Under the pieces are notes generated by a model, which searched no databases, was not told where the DNA came from, and saw nothing but the letters and a program-made list of their open reading frames with translations. Source: Candidatus Saccharimonadaceae bacterium (GTDB taxonomy: Bacteria > Eisenbacteria > RBG-16-71-46). Taken from it: a stretch of 64,000 bases of DNA. Of this stretch, positions 12,166 through 22,167 are shown in pieces. Made by a program: the position numbers and the translations under genes. The DNA is taken from positions 35,177 to 99,176 of the forward strand of contig DATJGS010000042.1 in NCBI GenBank assembly GCA_035494735.1, given 5' to 3'. The number at the start of each line of letters is the position of its first letter. Within the stretch, counting starts at the first letter, position 1.

Positions 12166-13323
12166 ATGCTCCTTCCTCGAGTTCCGGCCGACGACGCCCC
12201 GAATGCCTGGGGCGCCGAGCTCGAGCGGCGGCGCGCGCGAGGCGAGGCGCTGCTCGATCTCACCGAGGCCAACCCCACCCGAGTCGGGCTGTCGGCGCCG
12301 CCCCCCGACGCGCTCGCGGCGTGGGGTGCCGCGCCGTATGCGCCCGACGCGCGCGGCGTGCCGACGGCCCGCGAGGCCGTCGCCGCGTACTACGCCGCCC
12401 GCGGACGCGACGTGCACCCGGACGACGTCGTGCTGACGACCGGCACGAGCGAGTCCTACGCGCACCTGTTCCGGCTGCTCGTGAGTCCGGGCGGGTGCGT
12501 GCTGGCGCCCGCGCCGAGCTATCCGCTGTTCGAGCCCCTGGCGCGGCTCGAGGGCGTGGAGCTCGAGGCCTGGCGCCTGGCGTACGACGGTCGCTGGCAC
12601 GCGGACCTGGATTCGATCGCGGACGGTTTCCGGCGCGGCGCGCGCGCCGCGATCCTGGTCGAGCCCAATCACCCGACGGGCACGGCGCTCGCGGCCGAGG
12701 AGTTCGCGGCGCTGGAGTCCTCGGCGCGCGCGCATGACGCCGCGCTGATCGTCGACGAAGTGTTCGGCGACTTTGCGTGGGAGCGAAGCGCGCCGTTCGC
12801 CAGTCGCGCCGGGGAGCGCGCGACCCCGACATTCGTCCTGAGCGGACTGTCCAAGGTCTGCGGCTGGCCGCAGCTCAAGCTCGGATGGATCGTGATCCAG
12901 GGACCCGACGTCGCGCGCCGCGAGGCGCGCCGCGGACTCGAGTGGATCGCGGATCTGTTCCTGTCCGTGGGCAGTGCCGTGCAGCGCGAGCTGCCCGTTC
13001 TGCTCGACGCCCGGCACGCGTTCCAGGACCGTGTCCGCGAGCGGCTCGACGCGAATCGCGACACGCTCGAGACGTGGCTGCGCGGTCATCCGGAAGTCGA
13101 CGTCCTGCGGGCCGACGGCGGCTGGCACGTCGTGCTGCGCCTGCCGTCGCGCGCGAGCGGCGAAGCCTGGTCGCTCGCGCTGCTCGCGCGCGGCGTGATC
13201 GTGCACCCCGGCCACTTCTACGACATCGAGCGCGAGAGCTTCGTCGTGATGAGCCTGATCGCGCGTCCCGAAACCTGGGCACGCGGGCTCGAGGCGCTCG
13301 GCGCGGTGCTGGCCGCGCCGTGA
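12166..13323 (+). CDS. PLP-dependent aminotransferase class I/II
   Basis: LDLTEANPT, APSYPLFE, VEPNHPTG, LIVDEVFGDF and SGLSKVCGWPQLKLGW (PLP Lys). Confidence 0.88.
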   Translation: MLLPRVPADDAPNAWGAELERRRARGEALLDLTEANPTRVGLSAPPPDALAAWGAAPYAPDARGVPTAREAVAAYYAARGRDVHPDDVVLTTGTSESYAHLFRLLVSPGGCVLAPAPSYPLFEPLARLEGVELEAWRLAYDGRWHADLDSIADGFRRGARAAILVEPNHPTGTALAAEEFAALESSARAHDAALIVDEVFGDFAWERSAPFASRAGERATPTFVLSGLSKVCGWPQLKLGWIVIQGPDVARREARRGLEWIADLFLSVGSAVQRELPVLLDARHAFQDRVRERLDANRDTLETWLRGHPEVDVLRADGGWHVVLRLPSRASGEAWSLALLARGVIVHPGHFYDIERESFVVMSLIARPETWARGLEALGAVLAAP

Positions 13324-13506
13324 ACGTGCCGGCGCGCGCGCAGGGCGTCGCGCGGGGCGCCGGAAACTCGTTTGCGTCGTGCGGCACGAAGCCCAATCAT
13401 GCCGCGTGCGCGACCGGGCAGGCGCTCGCGCCCGCGCCGGCAACGGGCGTGACGCACGGCCACCAACCGGCGTGCGTCGCGGCCATCGATCGACGGGAGG
13501 TGTGAT

Positions 13507-14064
13507 GTGCGCATGAGGTTCGGACCGGTGGTCTGGGCGCTGGTCGCGACGACGGGCCTGGCCATCGCGGCGACGGCCGCGGGTCCGGGGGGCGGCGCCG
13601 ACGCCGCACGCGTCGGCTACGAGTGGATGCGGCAGGTTGAATGGATCGACCGCGCTCCGCTCGGCGCCGATCAGGCGCGCGGTCGCGTTCTCGTCGTCGA
13701 GTTCTGGGCCGCAGAATGCATCAACTGCCGGCGCACGGCGCCCGCGATGCGCGCACTTGCCGAGCGCTACGCGCACGATCCACGCGTGCTCGTCATCGGC
13801 GTGCACTCGCCCGAGCTCGAGGTCGAGCGCCGTGTCGACACGGTGCGGCGCGCCATGGCCGAGCAGGGCGTCACGTTCCCGGTCGCGCAGGACGGCGCTG
13901 GCGCCGCCTGGAACGCGTTTCACAACCGCTACTGGCCGGCGCTCTACGTCGTGGACGGCGCGGGACGCGTGCGCGCCACGCATGTCGGCGAGCTGCACGT
14001 CGATTCGCCGGCGTGGGGTGCGTTCCTCCAGCGCATCGACGCCGTGCGCTCGGAACGCTCGTGA
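13507..14064 (+). CDS. Exported thioredoxin-like redoxin (DipZ C-terminal/TlpA-like)
   Basis: Signal-like N-terminus, VEFWAAECINC (CxxC), IGVHSPE and FHNRYWPALY. Confidence 0.82.
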   Translation: MRMRFGPVVWALVATTGLAIAATAAGPGGGADAARVGYEWMRQVEWIDRAPLGADQARGRVLVVEFWAAECINCRRTAPAMRALAERYAHDPRVLVIGVHSPELEVERRVDTVRRAMAEQGVTFPVAQDGAGAAWNAFHNRYWPALYVVDGAGRVRATHVGELHVDSPAWGAFLQRIDAVRSERS

Positions 14065-15593
14065 GCCCCATGCCCCCGGGCGGGCCGATCGAGCCCGAGC
14101 CGGGGGCGCCGGCGCCCGATCCCGGGGCGGCCGCCGACGCCGCAGGAGCGGGCGCGACGCCCGGAACGACGCCCGCTCCGAGCGCCGCGCCTGTCGCGCC
14201 CGCGCCCGCCAACGCTGCGCCGGCGCCGCCGACCATCCCCGGGCCGACGCTCGACGAACCGCTCGCCACTCCGGAAGCGCGCGTCCCGGTCGCCGGACCC
14301 GAAGTCGCGGAGGGGCACGGAACGCACTCCGCGAACTTCCGCTTCCCCGCGGGCTTCCTGTGGGGCGCGGCGACCAGTGCGCAGCAGGTCGAGGGCGGCA
14401 TCACCGGCAACGACTGGGCGGACTGGGAGCGGAACGGTCACGTGCGCGAGGCGTCGGGTGCGGCCGCCGACCACTTCCATCGCTTTCGCGACGACTTCGA
14501 TCTCGCGCGGCAGTTGGAGCACAACGCCCACCGCTTCTCCATCGAGTGGAGTCGCATCGAGCCCGAGGACGGCGTCTTCTCGGACGCCGGCATCGCGCAC
14601 TACCGCGAGGTGCTGGAGGCGCTGCGCGCCCGCGGCATCGTGCCGGTCGTCACGCTGTTCCACTACACGATGCCGCGCTGGCTCGCGGCGATGGGCGGGT
14701 GGGAGTCGGACGCGATCGAGCAGCGCTTCACGCGTTACGTCGAGCGCGTGGTGACGGAGTACCGCGACCTCGCGCACTGGTGGATCACGCTGAACGAACC
14801 GGTCGTGCAGGCATTCAAGGGCTGGATGCTCGGCCAGTGGCCACCCGGAAAACAGAACGACGTGCCGGCCGCGTTTCGCGTGATCCGCCGCATGCTGAGA
14901 ACGCACATTCGCGCGTACCACGCCATCCACGAGCTGCAGCCCGGCGCGATGGTGAGCGTCGCCAAGCACGTGCTCGCGTTCACGCCGTGCAATCCCGACC
15001 GCTTTCGCGACCGCCTGTCCGTGCGCGTGCGCGAGTACTTGTTCAACCAGTTGTTCATCGACGCGCTGCACAAGGGCGTCCTGCGCGTGCCCGGCGTGCT
15101 GTGGGAACGGCTCCCCGCCGGACGCACGCTCGACTTCATCGGGCTCAACTACTATACGCGCGATTTCGTCCACAACACCGGCATCGACGTGCCCGGCTGG
15201 CTCGGCGCGTCCTGCCCGCTCGACCACCATCAGCACGTCGGCAAACGCAATGCGCTCGGGTGGGAGGTCTATCCGGAAGGGCTCGCGCATTTCCTGCGAC
15301 TGTTCCGGCGCTATCGCCTGCCCATCCTGATCACCGAGAACGGCGTTCCGGCGCGCGACGACAACGATCGGTGGACGTTCATCTACTTGCACCTGTGGCA
15401 GGTCGCGCGCGCCATCGACGACGGCGTGCCGGTCGTGGGCTATCTGTACTGGTCGCTGCTCGACAACTACGAGTGGGCCGACGGCTTTCAGCCGCGCTTC
15501 GGCCTCGTCGCCGTCGACTACCGCACGCAGAAGCGCACGATCCGCCCGAGCGCGCGACTGCTGGCCCGCATCATCCGCCGCAACGAGCTGTGA
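14061..15593 (+). CDS. Glycoside hydrolase family 1 (beta-glucosidase-like) with Pro/Ala-rich N-terminal extension
   Basis: FPAGFLWGAATSAQQVEGG, RFSIEWSRIEP, ITLNEP (acid/base), ILITENG (nucleophile) and WSLLDNYEW. ATG at 14070 is an alternative start. Confidence 0.92.
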   Translation: MSPMPPGGPIEPEPGAPAPDPGAAADAAGAGATPGTTPAPSAAPVAPAPANAAPAPPTIPGPTLDEPLATPEARVPVAGPEVAEGHGTHSANFRFPAGFLWGAATSAQQVEGGITGNDWADWERNGHVREASGAAADHFHRFRDDFDLARQLEHNAHRFSIEWSRIEPEDGVFSDAGIAHYREVLEALRARGIVPVVTLFHYTMPRWLAAMGGWESDAIEQRFTRYVERVVTEYRDLAHWWITLNEPVVQAFKGWMLGQWPPGKQNDVPAAFRVIRRMLRTHIRAYHAIHELQPGAMVSVAKHVLAFTPCNPDRFRDRLSVRVREYLFNQLFIDALHKGVLRVPGVLWERLPAGRTLDFIGLNYYTRDFVHNTGIDVPGWLGASCPLDHHQHVGKRNALGWEVYPEGLAHFLRLFRRYRLPILITENGVPARDDNDRWTFIYLHLWQVARAIDDGVPVVGYLYWSLLDNYEWADGFQPRFGLVAVDYRTQKRTIRPSARLLARIIRRNEL

Positions 15594-15596
15594 ACG

Positions 15597-15660
15597 ACGG
15601 CGGACGCGGCGCGGCGCGGCGGGCGCGGCGGGCACGGCGGGCGCACGCGGCGCGGCGCCC
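15597..15660. repeat. Low-complexity GCGGC-type intergenic repeat
   Basis: Imperfect runs of gcggc/gggc between the GH1 stop and the terminator; nearly all G/C. Confidence 0.4.
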
Positions 15661-15677
15661 GCGACCCGAAAACGCAC

Positions 15678-15707
15678 GGGCCCCCGTCCCGTGTGGGAAG
15701 GGGGCCC
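15678..15707. terminator. Hairpin between convergent GH1 and hppA genes
   Basis: GGGCCCCC...GGGGGCCC stem. An AAAA just upstream on + gives a T-tract for the minus-strand gene. Confidence 0.6.
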
Positions 15708-15725
15708 GCCTCTGCCGATCCGCGA

Positions 15726-18149
15726 TCAGCGATTCGTCGAGATGCGCATGCTGTAGAACGAGCGGTACACGAACACCAGCGCGATCAGCATCAGCACGAC
15801 GCCCAGCGGCCGCGCCACTGCCTGATTCGCGACGCCCATCTCCACCGCGAGCAGGCCGAACAGCGTCGTGAACTTGATGATCGGGTTGAGCGCGACCGAC
15901 GACGTGTCCTTGTACGGATCGCCGACCGTGTCGCCCACCACCGTCGCGTCGTGCAGCGCGGTGCCCTTCTCGTGCAGCTCGACTTCGACGATCTTCTTGG
16001 CGTTGTCCCACGCGCCGCCGGCGTTCGCCATGTACACCGCCTGGAAGAGGCCGACGACGGCGATCGACACCAGGTACGCCACGAAGAAGATCGGATCGAA
16101 GAACGCGTACGCCAGCGTCAGGCAGAAGATGACGATGAAGATGTTGAACATGCCCTTCTGCGCGTACTGCGTGCAGATGCGCACGACTTCCTTCGAGTCC
16201 TTGATCGAGGCGCTGGCCGCCGAATCGAGCTTGATGTTCTTCTTGATGTACTCGACCGCGCGATACGCGCCGGTCGTGACGGCCTGCATCGAGGCGCCGG
16301 TGAACCAGTACACCGTGGCGCCGCCCATGATGAGCCCGAGCAGCACGCGCGGCTCGGTCAGCGTCAGGTCGAACGCGGCGCCCATCTGCTGCCGGAGCAG
16401 CACGATCAGCGAGAAGATCATCGTCGTCGCGCCGGCCACCGCCGTCGCGATCAGCACGGGCTTGGCGGTCGCCTTGAACGTGTTGCCGGCGCCGTCATTG
16501 TCCTCGAGGTAGTGCTTGCCCTTCGCGAAGTCGGGGCGGAAGCCGAACTGGCGCTCGACCTCGGCCGACGCGCCGGGCAGGGTCTCGATCTGCGACAGCT
16601 CGAAGATGCTCTGGGCGTTGTCCGTGACCGGGCCGTACGAGTCGACGGCGATCGTGACCGGTCCCATGCCGAGGAGTCCGAACGCCACGAGGCCGAACGC
16701 GAACACCGCCTCGTGCGACATGTACGCGGACAGGCCCTGCTTCGACAACAGGTACGCGATGAGCAGCAGCCCGGCGATGGTCAGGCCCTTCCAGAACACC
16801 GAGAAATTGCCGGCCACGAGGCCCGACAGGATGTTCAGCGACGGCCCGCCCTCGCGCGACGCGGCCACGATCTCGCGCGTGTGGCGCGAATTCGCGCTCG
16901 TGAAGACCTTCGTCAGCTCGGGGATGAGCGCGGCCGCCAGCGTGCCGCACGAGATGATGCTCGACAGCTTCCACCACAGCCCGCCGCCCAGGTCCGACAG
17001 CATCCACTTGGACACGACATACGTGACGGCGATCGACAGGATCGAGGTCAGCCACACGAGCGTCGTCAGCGGCGCCTCGAAGTCCATCTTGTCCTTGCCG
17101 GTGTGCTGCGAGCGCGCGAGCGACGCGTTCAGCGAGTACGACACGATCGACGTGACGATCATCAGGATGCGCATCACGAAGATCCACACCAGCAGCTGCG
17201 CCTTGTGCTCGGGCATCACCGCCAGCGCGATGAAGCTGATGAGCGCGACGCCGGTCACGCCGTACGTCTCGAAACCGTCGGCGGTCGGGCCGACCGAGTC
17301 GCCCGCGTTGTCGCCGGTGCAGTCCGCGATCACACCCGGGTTGCGCGGATCGTCCTCCTTGATCTTGAAGACGACCTTCATGAGATCGGAGCCGATGTCG
17401 GCGATCTTCGTGAAGATGCCGCCCGCGATGCGCAGCGCCGAGGCGCCCAGCGACTCGCCGATGGCGAAGCCGAGGAACGACGCGCCGGCCGCCTCCTTGG
17501 GCACGAACAGCAGGATGATGAGCATCATGATCAGCTCGACGCAGATCAGGAGCACGCCGATGCTCATGCCGGCCTGCAGCGGGATCTCGTACACCTGGAG
17601 CGGCTTGCCCTTGAGCGACGCGAACGCCGTGCGGCTGTTCGCGTACGTGTTCATGCGGATGCCGAACCACGCCACCGAGTACGAGCCGAGGATGCCCACG
17701 ATCGACCACATGAGGATGAGCGCGACCTTGGCCACCGTCATGTGCTGGAGCACGCCGAAGTAGTAGACGATGCACGCTCCGATGAAGATCTCGAGCACCA
17801 TCAGCAGACGGCCCTGCTGCAGCAAGTACGTCTTGCACGTCTCGTAGATGATGTTCGACACGTCGAGCATGCTCTTGTGCGCCGGCATGGCCTTGACCTG
17901 GTTGAACATCATCAGCCCGAACGCCATGCCGAGCGCGCACACGACGAGCCCGACGAGCAGCAGCGTGTGGCCGCTGACGCCCGCGCCGAACAGCTGGTAG
18001 GTGGTGTCGATCGCCGGGATCTGGAGATCCAGTTCGCTGGCGAACGCGCGCACGGGCAGCGCGCAGGCGGCCAGCGCCGCGACGCCGAGGCCCCATGCGG
18101 GGCGAGACAGACTCCGCAGGGAGAGTCCCGCGGTGCGCGACATCTTCAT
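15726..18149 (-). CDS. hppA: Membrane-bound cation-translocating pyrophosphatase, long divergent type (about 807 aa)
   Basis: GGIFTKIADIGSDL, EDDPRNPGVIADCTGDNAGD, DSYGPVTDNAQ, DGAGNTFKATAK, GGAWDNAKK and GDTVGDPYKDTS. AGGAG RBS lies 6 nt before ATG 18149. Confidence 0.95.
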   Translation of the reverse strand: MKMSRTAGLSLRSLSRPAWGLGVAALAACALPVRAFASELDLQIPAIDTTYQLFGAGVSGHTLLLVGLVVCALGMAFGLMMFNQVKAMPAHKSMLDVSNIIYETCKTYLLQQGRLLMVLEIFIGACIVYYFGVLQHMTVAKVALILMWSIVGILGSYSVAWFGIRMNTYANSRTAFASLKGKPLQVYEIPLQAGMSIGVLLICVELIMMLIILLFVPKEAAGASFLGFAIGESLGASALRIAGGIFTKIADIGSDLMKVVFKIKEDDPRNPGVIADCTGDNAGDSVGPTADGFETYGVTGVALISFIALAVMPEHKAQLLVWIFVMRILMIVTSIVSYSLNASLARSQHTGKDKMDFEAPLTTLVWLTSILSIAVTYVVSKWMLSDLGGGLWWKLSSIISCGTLAAALIPELTKVFTSANSRHTREIVAASREGGPSLNILSGLVAGNFSVFWKGLTIAGLLLIAYLLSKQGLSAYMSHEAVFAFGLVAFGLLGMGPVTIAVDSYGPVTDNAQSIFELSQIETLPGASAEVERQFGFRPDFAKGKHYLEDNDGAGNTFKATAKPVLIATAVAGATTMIFSLIVLLRQQMGAAFDLTLTEPRVLLGLIMGGATVYWFTGASMQAVTTGAYRAVEYIKKNIKLDSAASASIKDSKEVVRICTQYAQKGMFNIFIVIFCLTLAYAFFDPIFFVAYLVSIAVVGLFQAVYMANAGGAWDNAKKIVEVELHEKGTALHDATVVGDTVGDPYKDTSSVALNPIIKFTTLFGLLAVEMGVANQAVARPLGVVLMLIALVFVYRSFYSMRISTNR

Positions 18150-18400
18150 CGAAAGCTCCTTGATGGATGACGAGGCCCCGGCTTTTCGAGAGCCGGTGGA
18201 ACCGCCCACGGGCGCAGAGGTGACGAGGGGTGTGCAGGCCCGGGGACGGGAGGGTGTTCCTCCATCCACGGCAGGGACCATGGACAAAGGACGCGGGAAG
18301 ATACCCGAGCGGGGGAGCGGCCGGCAAGGGCGGAGGCGTTCCGGCCTGGCCGCCCGTGACTTCGTCAGCGCGCGCGAGCTACCGCGCGCTCGTCGTGACG

Positions 18401-21196
18401 TCAGCGCACGACCGCGACTCGCGCGCTGGCCGAGCGCGGGCCTTGCGTGGCGCGCACGAAATACACGCCAGGATCCAGAGGCGCGCGATCGCTGAGAGCG
18501 AAGCTCTGGGCGCCGGCCATGGGCGCCGTGATGGTGCGCTCCCGGACGCGACGCCCGGTGACGTCGAGCAACTCGAGCCGCACCGGATCGCCCGTCGGCA
18601 GCGTCATGCGGACGAACAGCGGGCCACGGGTCGGATTGGGTGACGCGCCCGAGATCGCGAACGCGACCGACCTCGGCACGTCGACCCAGGTTTCCGTCGT
18701 CGTCGACTGCGCGCTCGTCGCACCCTCGAGCGCGAGTCGGTATCCGTAACGGGCCCCGGCGTCGACCGCACGATCCTCGAAGCCAAGACGCCCCTGACCG
18801 TCGGGATGAAGCTGCTCGAGCGAGGCCCAATTCGTGGACGGCGTGCGGCGTTCGACGATCGCCGCGGTGGCTCGCGAGCCGCCCACGTTCCAGGTGAGCG
18901 ATACGCGGTCGGGCTGTGCGTCCACGGAGACCAGCGCCGCGAGGACCGGCGTCGGGCCCAGCAGGGGTGTGACGTTGGGAACGACGATGACGGTCGAACC
19001 ATCTCGGAACGTGGGGATGCCGCACCCGACCGCGACATCGGATCGTCCGTCCCCGTTGAAATCACCCGACGCAATCGAGAAGGCCCAGTGATGTACGGCG
19101 TACCCGCCGAGCCACGAGGGCCCTGGGATCTCCGTCAGTGAGCCGTCGTCCTGGCCCTGGAAGACGAGGAAGCGGCCCGTGAAATCCGTCATGACGTCGG
19201 CCAAGGCGAGATCGGCGCGGCCGTCGCCATCGAAGTCCGCGACCACGGCGGTCAGCGGATCCTCCGACGCGGCGAGAAGGGCTTGTGGGGGGCCCAACGC
19301 ACGATGTCCGAGGTTGTGGATCGAGGTGAGGAAGCCATCGATCCCAGCCTCACCGTCCCCTTTGACCACCGCGAGATCGAGCAGCCCATCGCCGTCGAAG
19401 TCGCCGCAGGCCACGTCCATCGGGCGCGAGTAGTCGTCGATCCTCACCTTCGTGGGTCCGGCATCGAACATGACGGCATTCGCAAACGCGCCGCCTTCGT
19501 TCCAACTGACGCTCAGCGTGTCGTTCCCAGGGAATCCCGACCGGGCCGCCACGAGATCTGCCCGTCCGTCCCCGTCGAGGTCCACGGCTCGGTACGGCGT
19601 TTGAGGGTTGCCATCGAGCGGCGTCGGGCCCCAGTCGACCGGCGAAGCGAATCCACCGAGCCCGTCGCCGGCGAGTACGCCCGCGTGCCCATTGGGCAGG
19701 ATCACGGAAAGGTCGGGCCGATGGTCGCCGGTGAAGTCGGCAACCGCGAGGAATGAGCCGATGAACTCGACCGTGGGTCCGGCGAACTGGCCCGCGCCAT
19801 CGCCGAGACGCACCTCGACCGTGTCGGCGCGGCCGATTACCAGGTCGCTCCACCCGTCCGCGTTGAGATCCGCCACTTCGAGCAACGCGCCGCCGGCAAT
19901 CGGCTCCTCAGGCGCAAACACTCCGGGCCCTTGGTTGCGCAACAGGTATACGGACACGAGATCCGAATAGACGAGATCGGGGACTCCCGCACGGAGATGG
20001 GCGGTCTTCAGGATCCACGGGGACTGACTGACGTCGCGGACCGACGGCGCCTCGAACGCGCGCGCGCCGGAGTTTCGGATCCACGAAGGCAGCGGAGCCG
20101 GGCCATATTCCGCATCGAACCCCACGACGAGATCCATCGCATGGTCGCCATCCAGGTCTCCCATGGTCACTGACTTCGCCATGAGCCGACCGCCCCCTTC
20201 GTACGCCTGGTACATGACGGGCTCGTCGAACGAACCGCCGGCTCGGCCGAAATAGAGGGAGAGCGTCTGGCAGCCGCTGTCATAGCAGTCCCCGTGGTCG
20301 TAGACGAGCGCCAGGTCGGTGAAGCCATCCCCATCGAGATCGCCCGCGCCGACCGCGCAACCGTTCACGTCATCGTCTGCCGCGATCGGCTTGAGGCTGC
20401 TCGCCGGCAGGAACGTTCCATCTCCAAGGCCCACGACCAGGTCGACACGCGCGAACCCGAGCATCGGAAAGACGAGATCCATCCGACCGTCGGGTCCGAG
20501 GTCCACGGCCACCGCGTCCGCCGGCACCTGCGAGAGATCCCCGTCGTGGCGCGATCCGAAAGTTCCGTCGCCCGCATTGAGCAGCACGCTGTACTGATGG
20601 GCCGGAGCGTTAGCAATGTTGACGACCACGACATCCGGGCGATGGTCGCCATTCAAGTCGGCGAGCGTCAGTCTCCAGGCGCCGGTCGCGAGGGCGTACG
20701 TGACGCGCGCCGCGTACGAACCTCCGCCCAGGTTGCGCCTCACGACCAACGCGCTGTCGTCGAGAGCAATGCCGACGACGTCGTCACGTCCATCACCGTC
20801 CAGGTCCCCGGCCGTGACGTAGCCCATGCCGGCGCGCAGCGAATCGGGAATCGGTGGCGTGTCAGGGGCGGTGGGGTCGGTGGTCGGCGGTGCGGCGAAG
20901 CGGATCGCGGGAGCCGTGGTCGTTGCCTGAGCGGCCACGCGTTCCACGATCTCGGCACGCAAACGCGCACGCCCCGCGGAGTCGAGGACCGAGACTCGCG
21001 GACGCCATGCGCGCGGGCTCACGCCGATCTCGGCTGGTCCCAACGCGCGGAGGACGGCCGCATAGGCCGGGTTGACGGCCGGCCGTGCGCTCGGGAATGC
21101 GTTGCCGACGCGGGCGCCGAAGGGCGCCGCGGCTAACGCGATCGAAAGAATGAAGAAGACCCGGCGCGCGGGCGCGGGCGCTGAAACGGAGGTCAC
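18401..21196 (-). CDS. Secreted FG-GAP/VCBS repeat protein with C-terminal T9SS type A/FlgD-like sorting domain
   Basis: Signal peptide (RRVFFILSIALAAAP), about 11-12 (G/A)DLDGDG..D(L/V)V-type repeats, and a C-terminus SPNP...VRLELLDVTGRRV...LDPGVYFVRA...ARVAVVR. GTG start with AGGGAG RBS. Confidence 0.85.
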   Translation of the reverse strand: MTSVSAPAPARRVFFILSIALAAAPFGARVGNAFPSARPAVNPAYAAVLRALGPAEIGVSPRAWRPRVSVLDSAGRARLRAEIVERVAAQATTTAPAIRFAAPPTTDPTAPDTPPIPDSLRAGMGYVTAGDLDGDGRDDVVGIALDDSALVVRRNLGGGSYAARVTYALATGAWRLTLADLNGDHRPDVVVVNIANAPAHQYSVLLNAGDGTFGSRHDGDLSQVPADAVAVDLGPDGRMDLVFPMLGFARVDLVVGLGDGTFLPASSLKPIAADDDVNGCAVGAGDLDGDGFTDLALVYDHGDCYDSGCQTLSLYFGRAGGSFDEPVMYQAYEGGGRLMAKSVTMGDLDGDHAMDLVVGFDAEYGPAPLPSWIRNSGARAFEAPSVRDVSQSPWILKTAHLRAGVPDLVYSDLVSVYLLRNQGPGVFAPEEPIAGGALLEVADLNADGWSDLVIGRADTVEVRLGDGAGQFAGPTVEFIGSFLAVADFTGDHRPDLSVILPNGHAGVLAGDGLGGFASPVDWGPTPLDGNPQTPYRAVDLDGDGRADLVAARSGFPGNDTLSVSWNEGGAFANAVMFDAGPTKVRIDDYSRPMDVACGDFDGDGLLDLAVVKGDGEAGIDGFLTSIHNLGHRALGPPQALLAASEDPLTAVVADFDGDGRADLALADVMTDFTGRFLVFQGQDDGSLTEIPGPSWLGGYAVHHWAFSIASGDFNGDGRSDVAVGCGIPTFRDGSTVIVVPNVTPLLGPTPVLAALVSVDAQPDRVSLTWNVGGSRATAAIVERRTPSTNWASLEQLHPDGQGRLGFEDRAVDAGARYGYRLALEGATSAQSTTTETWVDVPRSVAFAISGASPNPTRGPLFVRMTLPTGDPVRLELLDVTGRRVRERTITAPMAGAQSFALSDRAPLDPGVYFVRATQGPRSASARVAVVR

Positions 21197-21464
21197 GGGG
21201 GGCACTCCCTTGTCCTGGACGCTGAGGCGCACGTGACGTGCACGGCGGCGCTTCGATGCGCGGCATCCTGGAATCCGCAAGTCCCGGGCCGTCGCGGACA
21301 GCCGCCCTCCATTGGCGCGTGACCCGTGTCCGCCCATCGGCTTGCGAGAGACTGGCCCTTCCCGCCGCCGCGCCGCCGCCGCCGTCCGTTTGTAAGAACT
21401 GTCGTGGATTCCGACGCTCGCCCTGTACTTTTCGCTGGCGCGCGTGTGTGTCACTCTGCGACAC

Positions 21465-22004
21465 ATGCCGACTTCCGAGCATTGGCAGATCCCGCACGTC
21501 TGCGAGGTGCTCGCGCGCGAGAAGCCGACGAGCGTGCTCGACGTGGGCGCGGGCTACGGCAAGTACGGCGTGCTGGCACGGGAGTACTCGGCCGCGACGA
21601 GAGTCGACGCGGTCGACGCGGCCGCGCCGCGCTATCCGGTCTACGACCACGTTTACCTCGGCGACTTGAAGCAGCTGGCCACGCTGCTCCCCGCCGACGT
21701 GCCGATCTACGACCTCGCGCTGTTCATCGACGTCATCGAACACTTCGAGAAGCCCGAGGCCTACGCGGTCCTCGACGAACTGACGCGGCGCGCTCGCAAG
21801 GTGCTGGTCGCGACGCCGCTCGGCTTCCGCCGCCAGGAGATCCCGGGCATGCCCTACGAAACCCACCGCTCGGGCTGGTTTCCCTGGGACTTTGGATCGC
21901 GGGTTCTCGTCCACCGTTGGGAAATCTTCCCCGGCCACTACACCCGTCACCTGCGCCTGCCGAGGCTGTGGCAGCTGCTCGCGGTGGTTGGAAGACGCCC
22001 GTGA
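21465..22004 (+). CDS. Small class I SAM-dependent methyltransferase
   Basis: [13 protein letters not shown] (motif I) and [15 protein letters not shown]. Confidence 0.8.
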   Translation: MPTSEHWQIPHVCEVLAREKPTSVLDVGAGYGKYGVLAREYSAATRVDAVDAAAPRYPVYDHVYLGDLKQLATLLPADVPIYDLALFIDVIEHFEKPEAYAVLDELTRRARKVLVATPLGFRRQEIPGMPYETHRSGWFPWDFGSRVLVHRWEIFPGHYTRHLRLPRLWQLLAVVGRRP

Positions 22005-22167
22005 CCGGCCGGACGGGCTCCGTGCGCTGCGAAACGCCCGCGAAGGCCGCCGTGGAGTGCCAATTGCCGGCTGGCGGAAGGAGGGGAGCGGCGCTAGGCT
22101 CGCGCCGTTTCCGGATTCCGCTTCTCGCACGCTCCTTGCGACGCTCTCTCTCATCGGAATGGATGCC

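Noticed and set aside
15597-15660. Possible CRISPR or REP array
   Set aside because: Only low-complexity GCGGC runs, with no constant repeat and unique spacers. No CRISPR array or cas gene was seen anywhere in the window.
18227-18254. Four G-tracts (possible G-quadruplex) in the hppA upstream region
   Set aside because: One loop is 11 nt long, and such tracts are expected by chance at this GC content.
18150-19025. 1099-aa version of hppA and 1021-aa version of the FG-GAP protein
   Set aside because: The extensions are non-conserved read-through. RBS-supported starts lie at 18149 and 21196.
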